A stretch of 64,000 nt of DNA from Actinomycetota bacterium (GTDB lineage: Bacteria; Actinomycetota; Actinomycetes; JACCUZ01). The position numbers and the translations under genes are program-made. The notes below the pieces were generated by a model. It was not told the DNA's origin, did not search any database, and saw only the letters and a program-made list of their open reading frames with translations. Below, in pieces: positions 46,979-56,593 of this stretch. The number at the start of each line of letters is the position of its first letter. The stretch's first letter is position 1. The stretch is taken from assembly GCA_030841035.1 (NCBI GenBank), contig JAVEDI010000037.1:314-64313 (forward strand), given 5' to 3'.

Positions 46979-47030
46979 GAGGTCCTCTCTAGCGCATCGT
47001 CCTCAACCAGGACCCATGAGGTGGTCCTGC

Positions 47031-48392
47031 TCACATGCGCTCGAAGCTGCGGTAGCGCTCCCAGTCGGTGACCGCGGCGTTGAAGGACTTGAGCTCCACA
47101 CGTGCCATGTTCGCGTAGTGGTCGACAACGTCTTCACCGAAGGCCTCGCGCGCGATCGCGCTGCCCTCCCACAGCTCGAGCGCCTCCTGCATCGTGGCGG
47201 GCACGTGCTGCGCGTCGACGTGGTAGGCGTTGCCGCCGAACGCGTCCTCGAGCTCGAGCTCGTGGTCGATGCCGTACAGGCCGCCGGCCACCAGCGCGGC
47301 GCAGGCGAGGTAGGGGTTCACGTCGCCGCCGGGCACCCGGTTCTCGAGACGCAGCGAGGGACCGTGGCCGACCAGGCGCAACGCGCACGTGCGGTTGTCA
47401 CGACCCCACTTCACCGCGGTCGGCGCGAACGAGCCCTCCACGAAACGCTTGTAGGAGTTGATGTTCGGTGCGAGGAACAAGGTCAGCTCCCGAAGCGTGG
47501 CGAGCTGGCCGGCCACGTAGTGCCGTCCGAGAGCTGACATCCCGTCCTGGCCCTGGTCGTCGGCCATCACCAGCTCGCCGTCGGTGCCGCGCAGGGAGAG
47601 GTGGATGTGACACGAGTTCCCCTCTCGCGCATCGAACTTCGCCATGAAGGTCAGCGACATGCCCTCCTGCGCCGCGATCTCCTTCGCGCCCGTCTTGTAG
47701 AGCACGTGGTTGTCACAGGTGACGACCACGTCGTCGTAGCGGAACGCGATCTCGTGCTGCCCGAGGTTGCACTCGCCCTTGGCCGACTCGACCGTCATAC
47801 CGGCGGCCGCCATCGCATTGCGGATCCGTCGCAGCAGCGGCTCGACGCGGGCGGTGCCGATGAGCGAGTAGTCGACGTTGTAGAGGTTCACGGGTGTGAG
47901 GTCGCGGTACGCCGAGCGCCACGCATCCTCGTAGGTGTCGCGGAACACCATGAACTCCAGCTCGGTGCCGGCCAGCGCCACCATGCCCCGCTCGGCCAGC
48001 CGGTCCGCCTGCCGCCGCAGGATCTGCCGCGGCGATGCGACGACGTCCGAGCCGTCGTCCCACTTCAGGTCGGCCAGCAGCAGCGCGGTGCCCTCGTGCC
48101 AGGGCACTCGACGCAACGTCGTGAGGTCGGGAACGAAGACGAAGTCGCCGTAGCCGGTCTCCCATGACGACATCGCGTATCCGTCGACGGTGTTCATCTC
48201 CACGTCCACGGCCAGCAGGTAGTTGCAGCCCTCGGTGCCGTGCGCCAGCACCTCGTCGAGGAAGTACTGAGCGTGCAGCCGCTTGCCTTGCAGCCGGCCC
48301 TGCATGTCGGTGAACGCCACGAGGACGGTGTCGACCGATCCCGCCTCGATCTCTGCGCGCAGCTGGTGCACCTCCAACGGTGGTGCAGTCAC
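47031..48392 (-). CDS. glutamine synthetase-family protein (gamma-glutamyl-polyamine synthetase, PuuA-like)
   Basis: GS catalytic-domain motifs and length about 450 aa. Confidence 0.75.
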   Translation of the reverse strand: MTAPPLEVHQLRAEIEAGSVDTVLVAFTDMQGRLQGKRLHAQYFLDEVLAHGTEGCNYLLAVDVEMNTVDGYAMSSWETGYGDFVFVPDLTTLRRVPWHEGTALLLADLKWDDGSDVVASPRQILRRQADRLAERGMVALAGTELEFMVFRDTYEDAWRSAYRDLTPVNLYNVDYSLIGTARVEPLLRRIRNAMAAAGMTVESAKGECNLGQHEIAFRYDDVVVTCDNHVLYKTGAKEIAAQEGMSLTFMAKFDAREGNSCHIHLSLRGTDGELVMADDQGQDGMSALGRHYVAGQLATLRELTLFLAPNINSYKRFVEGSFAPTAVKWGRDNRTCALRLVGHGPSLRLENRVPGGDVNPYLACAALVAGGLYGIDHELELEDAFGGNAYHVDAQHVPATMQEALELWEGSAIAREAFGEDVVDHYANMARVELKSFNAAVTDWERYRSFERM

Positions 48393-50035
48393 CCGGCCGC
48401 CTCAAGGTCGCGCTCGATCTCAGCGAGCTCCTCGGGCGTGCCCTGCACCTTGGGGCCGGTGAACCACCGGCGCGCCGACAGGAGCCACCAGACGCCGGCG
48501 AACAGCAGCACGACGCCGACCGCGATGGGCGCGTAGTTAAACGTGGTCCGCGTGACCGGGTAGTACTGCGGCAGCATGAACAGGACCGTGATGAACCCCA
48601 CCCAGGTGACCGCCGTCCAGCCGATGGGCCGGCTCCATCGACCGAGATGCCAGGGACCGCGCTGGAAGTCGTCACCGGCGCGCAGCCGCAGGAAGACCGG
48701 CATCACGTAGGCGATGTAGAGCCCGATGACGGCGATGGACGTCACCGCGAAGTAGGCGGTCGCATTCCACAGGTAGGGCAGGCCCAGCAGGAACGCGCCC
48801 ACCGCCGCGAACCAGATCGAGTTGGTCGGCGTGCGGGTGCGCGGGTTGATGCGGTGCCAGAACGACGATGCGGGCAGGGCACCGTCGCGGCTGAAGGCGT
48901 AGATCATGCGGGAGTTCGCGGTGACGGAGGACATGCCGCAGAAGAACTGCGCGCCGATCACGATGAGCAGGAGCAACTCGCCGCCGGTGCGGCCGACCGC
49001 GTCGATGAAGATCTGCGCCGGCGGCTGTCCCGTCGGGGTCGCGCGCTCGGCGGTGTAGTTCTGGATCGCGAACGTCACACCGAGCAGCAGGACCCATCCG
49101 GCGATGACCGACACCACGACAGAGTTGACGATGCCGCGTGGCCCGGCGATCGCGGCGTTCTGCGTCTCCTCGGTCATGTGCGCCGAGGCGTCGTACCCGG
49201 TCAGGGTGTACTGCGCCACCAGCAAGCCGAGGAGGAAGACGTACAGCGGCGCGGCGCCGCCCTCCCATCCGGTGTTGTTCACGAACGTGGTGAAGACGAA
49301 GCCGGGTGACTGCAGGTGGTCGCTGAAGAGCAACAGGGCGCCCACGATCACGGTGACTCCGACGACGTGCCACCACACGCTGATGTCGTTGAGCCTCGCC
49401 ACCAAGGCGACACCGAAGGTGTTCAGCAGGCCGTGCAGGAACAGCACGATGCCGTAGATGATGATGATCCGGCCCGGCGTGACCTCCATCCCGAAGGCCA
49501 GGTTGAGGTAGGCGCCCAGGAAGTTGGCCAGCCCGAAGTCGATGCCCGCGGTCACCGCCACCTGGCCCAGCAGGTTGAACCAACCGGTGAACCACGCCCA
49601 GGCCGGGGCGTTCTTCTTGGCCAGCTTCGCCGACCAGTAGTAGAGCCCACCCGCGGTCGGGAAGCTCGAGCACACCTCGGCCATCGCCAGAGCCACGAAC
49701 GTGACCATGATGCCGACCAACGGCCAGCCCCAGGCGAAGGTGACCGGGCCGCCGGCGTCCATGCCGTAGCCGTACAGCGTCAGGCAGCCGGAGAGGACGG
49801 AGATGATGGTGAAGCTGACGGCGAAGTTGGAGAAACCGCTCATCCGGCGCCGCAGCTCCTGGGCGTAACCCAGCTCATGCAGGCGCTGCTCGTCGCTGCC
49901 CGATCGTGGTTCGTGCACTGTGGCCACGTGAGGCTCCGATCCCAGGTCGGTGACGCCCTTACGAACAGGTGGATCATGGGTCTCCCGCGGCACGCGATGC
50001 AACGGCTTCGGCGAAAGTTCTCGCCAGAGACGCAC
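48389..50035 (-). CDS. APC-superfamily amino acid/polyamine permease
   Basis: 12-TM APC profile (SGFSNFAVSF...). Start may be internal, about 49927. Confidence 0.7.
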   Translation of the reverse strand: MRLWRELSPKPLHRVPRETHDPPVRKGVTDLGSEPHVATVHEPRSGSDEQRLHELGYAQELRRRMSGFSNFAVSFTIISVLSGCLTLYGYGMDAGGPVTFAWGWPLVGIMVTFVALAMAEVCSSFPTAGGLYYWSAKLAKKNAPAWAWFTGWFNLLGQVAVTAGIDFGLANFLGAYLNLAFGMEVTPGRIIIIYGIVLFLHGLLNTFGVALVARLNDISVWWHVVGVTVIVGALLLFSDHLQSPGFVFTTFVNNTGWEGGAAPLYVFLLGLLVAQYTLTGYDASAHMTEETQNAAIAGPRGIVNSVVVSVIAGWVLLLGVTFAIQNYTAERATPTGQPPAQIFIDAVGRTGGELLLLIVIGAQFFCGMSSVTANSRMIYAFSRDGALPASSFWHRINPRTRTPTNSIWFAAVGAFLLGLPYLWNATAYFAVTSIAVIGLYIAYVMPVFLRLRAGDDFQRGPWHLGRWSRPIGWTAVTWVGFITVLFMLPQYYPVTRTTFNYAPIAVGVVLLFAGVWWLLSARRWFTGPKVQGTPEELAEIERDLEAAG

Positions 50036-50067
50036 GGATCGGTCGCCGAAGGTGTGTGTCGCTGCGG

Positions 50068-50985
50068 TTACCGTTGCCGCGCCAGGTGTCGACGTACGGC
50101 GGCGGCGACCTCGTGCGGGTGCTCCATCTGCGCCACGTGGCCGCTGTCGGGCAGCATGAGCACCCCCACGTCGGCGAAGCTACGGCTGGCCCGACCCGAG
50201 GTCCGCGGGTCGACCAGCCGGTCGCGCAGCCCGTAGACGAGCAGGGTGGGCGCCTCGACGGCGGCCGCGGCGCTCCACAACCAGCGGCCGCCGTGGCGCA
50301 GGTAGGCGCCGAGCAGGCTGCGCAGTGAGGCCAGCATCGCGTCGGACTCGTGGGTCAGGCGGGCCCGGCGCTCGGCCTCGGCGACCGCCTCCTCGAAGCG
50401 CTGGGCAGGCACGCGCGTGGGATCGGCGAAGCACAGCGCGAGCGTCGCGCGTACGCGGGCCTCGGCGGGGAACCGGCCGAGGCGCCGGGCCAGGCGCTGG
50501 CCGACCCAGGGCGCGGCCAGGGCCGGCAGGTGGACGTTGGACAGCCGGGGCTTGAGCACCGGCAGCGCGGGGGCGACCAGCGTCAGCGTGCGGACCAGGT
50601 CGGGCCGGGCAGCCGCGACCAGCGTCGCGACCGTGCCGCCCAGCGAGTTGCCGATCAGGTGGACCGGGGTGCGCCCGTCGGACTCGAGGAAGTCGACGAC
50701 CACCCGGGCGTGCGTCGCGAGCGCGTAGTCGTCGTCGGGCGGCGGCGGCGACCAGCCGAACCCGGGCAGGTCCAGGGCCGCGCTGTCGAGCCGGTCCTGC
50801 AGCAGGCCCATCAGGTCGGTCCAGTTGGTGGCGGAGCCGCCCAAGCCGTGCACGAGCACGGCCGGCTCGGCGTCGTCCGAGAGACCGGCAGCGCGCCGCA
50901 CGTAGACCTGTCGCGTGCCGGCCTGCTCCAGGGCGCCGGGCCATCTCGGGCGTACGGACTGTGGGCTTGCCACGTCGCTGGTCAC
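50068..50985 (-). CDS. alpha/beta hydrolase
   Basis: GNSLGG nucleophile elbow. Confidence 0.7.
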   Translation of the reverse strand: MTSDVASPQSVRPRWPGALEQAGTRQVYVRRAAGLSDDAEPAVLVHGLGGSATNWTDLMGLLQDRLDSAALDLPGFGWSPPPPDDDYALATHARVVVDFLESDGRTPVHLIGNSLGGTVATLVAAARPDLVRTLTLVAPALPVLKPRLSNVHLPALAAPWVGQRLARRLGRFPAEARVRATLALCFADPTRVPAQRFEEAVAEAERRARLTHESDAMLASLRSLLGAYLRHGGRWLWSAAAAVEAPTLLVYGLRDRLVDPRTSGRASRSFADVGVLMLPDSGHVAQMEHPHEVAAAVRRHLARQR

Positions 50986-51007
50986 GGTCGTGCGAGCGCC
51001 CCGGGGC

Positions 51008-52084
51008 TCAAGAAGCTTCCGGCTCGATCTGCTCGAGCAGCACCTCGAGGCGGCGGTTGACCGCGGCGAGCACGGCGCGGATCACTGCTTGCCGCACGTC
51101 CTCACGCACCACGGCCGCGCCGGTCAGCCGCTGGGTCGACCGGCCCGTGAGCATGGTGACCAGCACCAGGACGGTCTGGTCGGCACCGAGCCGGGTCAGC
51201 TCCACCTGGTCGACCTCGAAGCGGGCACCGCCCTGCACGACCTGCTCGACCGCGCGCAGGGTCGCAGCGGCGACCGACCGGTGCACCCCGCTGGTCGTGG
51301 CCGAGCCCTCGGCCTCGCCGGGGAACGTCTCGCCGTCCATGCCCAGCGTCACGGTCACCGCGACCCCGAGCCCGGCCGAGAGCAGCTGCACCCGCTGGAT
51401 GGCCAACCGGCCGCGGCGCGTCGGCTGCCCGGCAGGCGTGTCCCCCTCGCCCAGCTCGAGCGCGGACTCGCCCTCCTCGGGGATCGAGTCGACCTCGACG
51501 AAGACCTCCGTGGGCGCGCGGGTCGCCGCCGGGCTCGTGGCGGGCGGCTCCTGCCCGGCCGGCTTGACCTCGCGCCACGGCTGCGTGCGCGCGGACTCCT
51601 TGCGGTCCTCCTCCGTGCGCCCGGACCCGTTGCTGGCCGGTTGCGTGCTGGCCGGTTGCGTGCTGGCCGGCTCCTTGCTGGGCGGCTCGTTGCGGATCGG
51701 CTCGTTGCGGGCCGGGTCCTTGCGGGCGGGCTCGACGCGCGCCACCGAGGCGAGAGGCCTCGGGAAGGGGCTGGTCACACGGGGTGCGGGCCGCGCGGCG
51801 GCGATCGGGGTGCGCTCGAGACGGGCGCTCACGGCGGGCCGGCCGGTCTCCTCGAGGACCTGGACCCGGTCGGCGTCCACCGCCAGCCCGAAGCGGCTGC
51901 GCAGCAGCCGGTTGACCGCCCCGGCCACCGCGACCTCGTCGCTGCCCGGCGTGAGCTGCAGGCGCAGTGTGCCGGGCCCGTCGCCGAGCGGCTCGACCGA
52001 GGCGCCGGCGACACCCTCGACGCCGAGCAGCGCCGTCACCAGATTGTCCTGACTCATCAGCTGCACGGGACGAGTGTGGACCAC
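51008..52084 (-). CDS. conserved hypothetical protein
   Basis: 358-aa ORF with a low-complexity central region; no motif recognised. Confidence 0.4.
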   Translation of the reverse strand: MVHTRPVQLMSQDNLVTALLGVEGVAGASVEPLGDGPGTLRLQLTPGSDEVAVAGAVNRLLRSRFGLAVDADRVQVLEETGRPAVSARLERTPIAAARPAPRVTSPFPRPLASVARVEPARKDPARNEPIRNEPPSKEPASTQPASTQPASNGSGRTEEDRKESARTQPWREVKPAGQEPPATSPAATRAPTEVFVEVDSIPEEGESALELGEGDTPAGQPTRRGRLAIQRVQLLSAGLGVAVTVTLGMDGETFPGEAEGSATTSGVHRSVAAATLRAVEQVVQGGARFEVDQVELTRLGADQTVLVLVTMLTGRSTQRLTGAAVVREDVRQAVIRAVLAAVNRRLEVLLEQIEPEAS

Positions 52085-52250
52085 GCCGGGCGATCATGGT
52101 GACGCCTCTGCAGATTCGTCCCGCTCCGCGACCACCACCACCGCCGTACCGGGCTCCCGGGTCCTGCCCGACATGGCCTCTCGGCGCGACGCCGGGTGCT
52201 GCGCGGCTGGCTACGCTGGGGTGCTCCGCCGACCGTCGAGAGGGCGACTG

Positions 52251-52442
52251 ATGAGCGAGCGCGACATCGAAGCTCCCGACGAGGACGCCGCGGAGCAGGC
52301 TGCGGCCGTCGACCTCGACCTCGACGACGAGCTCGGTCCGCAGGGCGCGACGGATCACGAGCAGGGCTCGATCGAGCTCGACCCGGCCGATCGCGCGGAG
52401 CAGGAGCGCGAGGTCCCGCTCGGCGACGACGAATACCGCTGA
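52251..52442 (+). CDS. small acidic hypothetical protein
   Basis: 63 codons, very acidic (D/E-rich), SD-like GAGAGGG upstream. Confidence 0.3.
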   Translation: MSERDIEAPDEDAAEQAAAVDLDLDDELGPQGATDHEQGSIELDPADRAEQEREVPLGDDEYR

Positions 52443-52525
52443 GGGCTACCGCCCTGCTGGTTACCGGCCCGTAGGATCGAGCCCGACCGGTCCCTCAGGG
52501 GCACCGACCAACGCGAGGAGTCACG

Positions 52526-53155
52526 GTGGCGGCCCCCGGCGAAACCCGCAGCCGCAGCACGCGATTGCCCCGGTCGGCGCGGCGCGCGCAGCTGCTCGCA
52601 GCGGCGCAGGAGGTCTTCGTCGCGCAGGGCTACCACGCGGCCGCCATGGACGACATCGCGGAGCGGGCGGGCGTCAGCAAGCCGGTGCTCTACCAGCACT
52701 TCCCGGGCAAGCTCGACCTCTACCTTGCGCTGCTCGACCAGCACGCCGAGGCACTGATCGCCGCCGTCCGGGCCGCGCTGGCCTCGACGACCGACAACAA
52801 GCAGCGGGTCGCGGCCACCATTGAGGCCTACTTCCGGTTCGTCGACGAGGACGGCGGTGCGTTCCGCCTGGTGTTCGAGTCCGACCTGACCAACCAGCCC
52901 GAGGTCCGCGAACGGGTCGAGGCTCTCACCGCGGCCTGCGCCACGTCGGTCAGCGAGGTGATCGGCGAGGACGCCGGCCTGCCGCCGGACCAGGCCTTCC
53001 TGCTCGCCGTGGGCCTGACCGGCATGGCCCAGGTGTGCGCCCGCTACTGGCTGGCCGACGAGGGCACCATCCCTCGTGACGCCGCGGCCCGGCTGCTGGC
53101 GAGCCTCTCGTGGCGCGGCATCGGTGGATTCCCGCGCACCGGTGAGCCGCACTGA
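52526..53155 (+). CDS. TetR/AcrR-family transcriptional regulator
   Basis: HTH (AMDDIAERAGVSKPVLYQHF). Confidence 0.8.
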   Translation: MAAPGETRSRSTRLPRSARRAQLLAAAQEVFVAQGYHAAAMDDIAERAGVSKPVLYQHFPGKLDLYLALLDQHAEALIAAVRAALASTTDNKQRVAATIEAYFRFVDEDGGAFRLVFESDLTNQPEVRERVEALTAACATSVSEVIGEDAGLPPDQAFLLAVGLTGMAQVCARYWLADEGTIPRDAAARLLASLSWRGIGGFPRTGEPH

Positions 53156-53253
53156 CACCGGCGTACGTCGTCGCGCACCGGCCTCGACTAGCCTGGACGC
53201 GCGTCCCGCCACACCGCGTGGGGCGTCGAAGACACGCAGTCCGGAGGTCCCCC

Positions 53254-53481
53254 GTGGAGGTCCGCATCGGCGTCCAGAACGCCGCTCGCGAACTCGTCAT
53301 CGACAGCCCGCAGAGCCAGGACGAGATAGGCCAGGCCGTGGCAGCGGCGCTGTCCGGTGACGCGGGCCTGCTGACCCTCGTCGACGAGGACGGCCGTCGG
53401 GTGGTGGTGCCGGCCGACAAGCTGGCGTACGTCGAGATCGGTGTCCCCGAGACGCGCCGGGTGGGCTTCGGCGCCATGTGA
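53254..53481 (+). CDS. DUF3107 (TB9.4-like) small protein
   Basis: VEVRIGVQN...LVDEDGRRVVVP resembles M. tuberculosis Rv3208A. GTG start after GGAGG. Confidence 0.65.
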   Translation: MEVRIGVQNAARELVIDSPQSQDEIGQAVAAALSGDAGLLTLVDEDGRRVVVPADKLAYVEIGVPETRRVGFGAM

Positions 53482-53486
53482 GCCGG

Positions 53487-54227
53487 CTAGGCCGACAGGC
53501 CCATCACCGCCATCCGCAGGATGTGGTTGTCGGTCAGCCGCGCGAACATCCGGCCGACCTCGGCCAGGTCCGCCCCGGGCCGTTCGGTGCCGCCGACCAG
53601 CAGCGAGGACAGCGCGTCCCGTTCGGCGGCGACCCGCTGGGCCTGGCTGAGCGCCTCACCGACCAGGCGGCGCCCCCACAGGGCCAGCCGCCCGGCCAGC
53701 CGCGGGTCCTCCTCGATGGCGGCGCGGACCCGCTCGACCGCGAAGGCGGAGTGGCCGGTGTCCTCCAGCACCGCCAGGACCAGCTCGCGGGTCGAGTCGT
53801 CGAGGTAGGCGGAGACCTCGCGGTAGAAGTCCTCCGCGATGCCGTCGCCGACGTAGGCCTTGACCAGGCCCTCCAGCCAGTCGGCGGGCGCGGTGCGCTC
53901 GTGGAAGGCCTCCAGAGCCTGCACGAACGGCTCCATGGCCACTTCCGGGGAGGCTCCGAGCTCGACGAGCCGGTCGCGCAGCCGCGCGAAGTGCTGGTAC
54001 TCCGACACCGCCATCGCGGCCAGCGCCGCCTTGTCGGCGATGGTCGGCGCGAACGCCGCGTCGTCGGCGAGCCGCTCGAAGGCGGTCAGCTCGCCGTAGG
54101 CGAGGGCGCCCAGCAGGTCGACGACGGCCTCGCGGTACTGCGTACCGGCCACCGGATCGGCCTCGTCCGGGGAGCCCACGCCGGCAGGGGCGCCACCAGT
54201 GCCGGGGGCCGGCGAGTGCTCCGTCAC
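53487..54227 (-). CDS. ferritin-like domain protein (Rv3210c/MiaE-like)
   Basis: Paired E...ExxH-type helices (EYQHF...; LEAFHER). Confidence 0.55.
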   Translation of the reverse strand: MTEHSPAPGTGGAPAGVGSPDEADPVAGTQYREAVVDLLGALAYGELTAFERLADDAAFAPTIADKAALAAMAVSEYQHFARLRDRLVELGASPEVAMEPFVQALEAFHERTAPADWLEGLVKAYVGDGIAEDFYREVSAYLDDSTRELVLAVLEDTGHSAFAVERVRAAIEEDPRLAGRLALWGRRLVGEALSQAQRVAAERDALSSLLVGGTERPGADLAEVGRMFARLTDNHILRMAVMGLSA

Positions 54228-54283
54228 GAGAGCGCAGCGTAGTCACGCGGCGCTGACCGGGTAGGCTGGGGCGCGAAGAACGG

Positions 54284-56263
54284 ATGCCCGGTCGTAGCCA
54301 CCTCTCGATTTCCCGCGATCGGCTCCGACCACCCGCACCTCCCTTCCGTGCGGCCCGCCTCGATCGCAGCACCGAGGCGCGCGGCCGGGCCGGTGGAGCC
54401 GACGTCCCTCGTCAGGCGCCCCCCGGCTCTCACGCGGTCGGGAGCGACCCGCACGAGAAGGGCATCGTCCTGAACCCCCCGAGCACAGACCAGACCGGGA
54501 TCGACCAGACCGACCCCGACGCCGACGCCGACACCGACATCGACCCCGACACCGACACCGACGAGTCCGGCGACCTCAAGGTCACCGACGCGCGCAAGCC
54601 GGCCGCCGAGCTGAGCTTCGCCGAGCTCGGCGTGCTGCCCGCCACCGTCGCGGCCCTCGAGGACGTCGGCATCACCCACCCCTTCCCGATCCAGGCCCTG
54701 ACCCTGCCGGTCGCCCTGCACGGCCACGACATCATCGGTCAGGCCAAGACCGGCACCGGCAAGACGCTCGGCTTCGGCATCCCGCTGCTGCAGCGCGTCT
54801 TCGTCGAGGGCGACGAGACGTCCGCCGACGGGACCGCCCCGCCCGTGCCGGGCAAGCCGCAGGCACTGGTCGTGGTCCCGACCCGCGAGCTGTGCGTGCA
54901 GGTCACCAGCGACATCGCGAAGGCCGCCACCAAGCGGCCGATCCGCACGCTGTCGGTCTACGGCGGCCGCGCCTACGAGCCTCAGGTCGAGGCCCTGAGG
55001 AAGGGTGTCGAGGTGGTCGTCGGCACCCCGGGCAGGCTCATCGACCTGGCCAACCAGGGCCTGCTCGACCTCGGCCACGTCCGCACCCTGGTGCTGGACG
55101 AGGCCGACGAGATGCTCGACCTCGGCTTCCTGCCCGACGTCGAGCGCATCGTGCGCCTGGTGCCGAGCGGCCGCCAGACGATGCTCTTCTCGGCCACCAT
55201 GCCCGGCCAGATCATCACCCTGGCCCGCCAGTACATGCACCATCCCACGCACATCCGCGCCGTCGACCCCGACGACGGTGGCGCCACCGTCAAGGCCGTG
55301 GAGCAGCACGTGTTCCGCGCCCACGCGCTGGACAAGATCGAGATGTTGGCCCGCATCCTGCAGGCCGAGGGTCGCGGACTCACCCTGGTGTTCTGCCGCA
55401 CCAAGCGGACGGCGGCCAAGGTCGCCGACGAGCTGGCCGACCGCGGCTTCGCCTCCGGCGCCGTCCACGGCGACCTCGGTCAGGGCGCCCGCGAGCAGGC
55501 CCTGCGGGCCTTCCGCGGCGGCAAGGTCGACGTGCTGGTGGCCACCGACGTCGCGGCGCGGGGCATCGACGTCGAGGACATCACCCACGTCGTCAACTAC
55601 CAGTGCCCCGACGACGAGAAGACCTACCTGCACCGCATCGGGCGCACCGCCCGGGCAGGCAAGTCAGGTGTCGCGATCACGTTCGTCGACTGGGACGAGA
55701 CGCCGCGGTGGATGCTCATCGACAAGGCGCTGGACCTCGGCTTCGGTGAGCCGGAGGAGACCTACTCCAACTCCGAGCACCTCTACGCCGAGCTGGAGAT
55801 CCCGCGTGAGGTGACCGGCCGGTTGCCTCGCGCTCAGCGGACCCGCGCGGGGCTCGCCGCCGAGGAGATCGAGGACCTTGGTGAGACCGGTCGCCACGGT
55901 GGGCAGGGCCGGGGTGAGCGGTCGGGCGGCGGCAGTGCAGGCTCGCGCAGCGGCGGGGGGCGGCCCCGCGGCGACCGTGCGACCCGGCCGGCGCGCCCGG
56001 CGCGCGCGGACGAGGGGTCGCGCGAGGACGCCGCCCGCGAGCCGCGACCGCGACGCGACCGGCAGCGCCGGCGTACGCGTGGCGGGACAGCCGAGGAGGG
56101 CCCCGGGCCCGTCCCCGCCACGGCGGAGGGCCCCGGGGCGGCCGCCGAGGGACCGGCCGGCGACGCGGAACGGGTCAGGCGCCGTCGTCGCCGGGGCGGG
56201 CGCAACCGCACCAGCGGGGGCAGCGCCGAGGGCGCGGCGGCGACGGGCGACGGCCCGGAGTAG
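54284..56263 (+). CDS. rhlE: DEAD-box ATP-dependent RNA helicase with R/G-rich C-terminal tail
   Basis: Q-motif F...PIQ, AKTGTGKT, DEAD, SAT, HRIGRTAR, plus about 150-aa RGG/RS-rich tail. Start codon uncertain. Confidence 0.85.
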   Translation: MPGRSHLSISRDRLRPPAPPFRAARLDRSTEARGRAGGADVPRQAPPGSHAVGSDPHEKGIVLNPPSTDQTGIDQTDPDADADTDIDPDTDTDESGDLKVTDARKPAAELSFAELGVLPATVAALEDVGITHPFPIQALTLPVALHGHDIIGQAKTGTGKTLGFGIPLLQRVFVEGDETSADGTAPPVPGKPQALVVVPTRELCVQVTSDIAKAATKRPIRTLSVYGGRAYEPQVEALRKGVEVVVGTPGRLIDLANQGLLDLGHVRTLVLDEADEMLDLGFLPDVERIVRLVPSGRQTMLFSATMPGQIITLARQYMHHPTHIRAVDPDDGGATVKAVEQHVFRAHALDKIEMLARILQAEGRGLTLVFCRTKRTAAKVADELADRGFASGAVHGDLGQGAREQALRAFRGGKVDVLVATDVAARGIDVEDITHVVNYQCPDDEKTYLHRIGRTARAGKSGVAITFVDWDETPRWMLIDKALDLGFGEPEETYSNSEHLYAELEIPREVTGRLPRAQRTRAGLAAEEIEDLGETGRHGGQGRGERSGGGSAGSRSGGGRPRGDRATRPARPARADEGSREDAAREPRPRRDRQRRRTRGGTAEEGPGPVPATAEGPGAAAEGPAGDAERVRRRRRRGGRNRTSGGSAEGAAATGDGPE

Positions 56264-56275
56264 GCCCGGCGGTGG

Positions 56276-56593
56276 CTAGAGCCGGATGCTCAGCCGCACC
56301 CAGGTACGCCGGTCGCACGCCGGGCAGCGCATCCACGACGAGTGCCCGCGCTTGACCAGCGGCAGGTGGATCGAGGGAGCGGCGAGCGAGACCAGTCGGC
56401 GCGGCGTCACGGTGCTGGTGCGCTCGCAGGACGAGCACTCGACGGTGACCGCGCCGAGGGCGGGCGGCTGGTCGGCGACGCTGTAGAGCGAGCGACGCCC
56501 CTGGGGGTCGGACGGTCTGCCGGCCGGGCTCGGCGTGGGCACCTCGGGGCGTCGGGGCCGCAGTCGGTCGAATCCTGCGCCGGGCCTGCTCAC
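56276..56593 (-). CDS. small zinc-ribbon protein translationally coupled to parA
   Basis: 105 aa, CSSC...CPAC. GTG overlaps the parA stop (GTGA). Confidence 0.4.
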   Translation of the reverse strand: MSRPGAGFDRLRPRRPEVPTPSPAGRPSDPQGRRSLYSVADQPPALGAVTVECSSCERTSTVTPRRLVSLAAPSIHLPLVKRGHSSWMRCPACDRRTWVRLSIRL

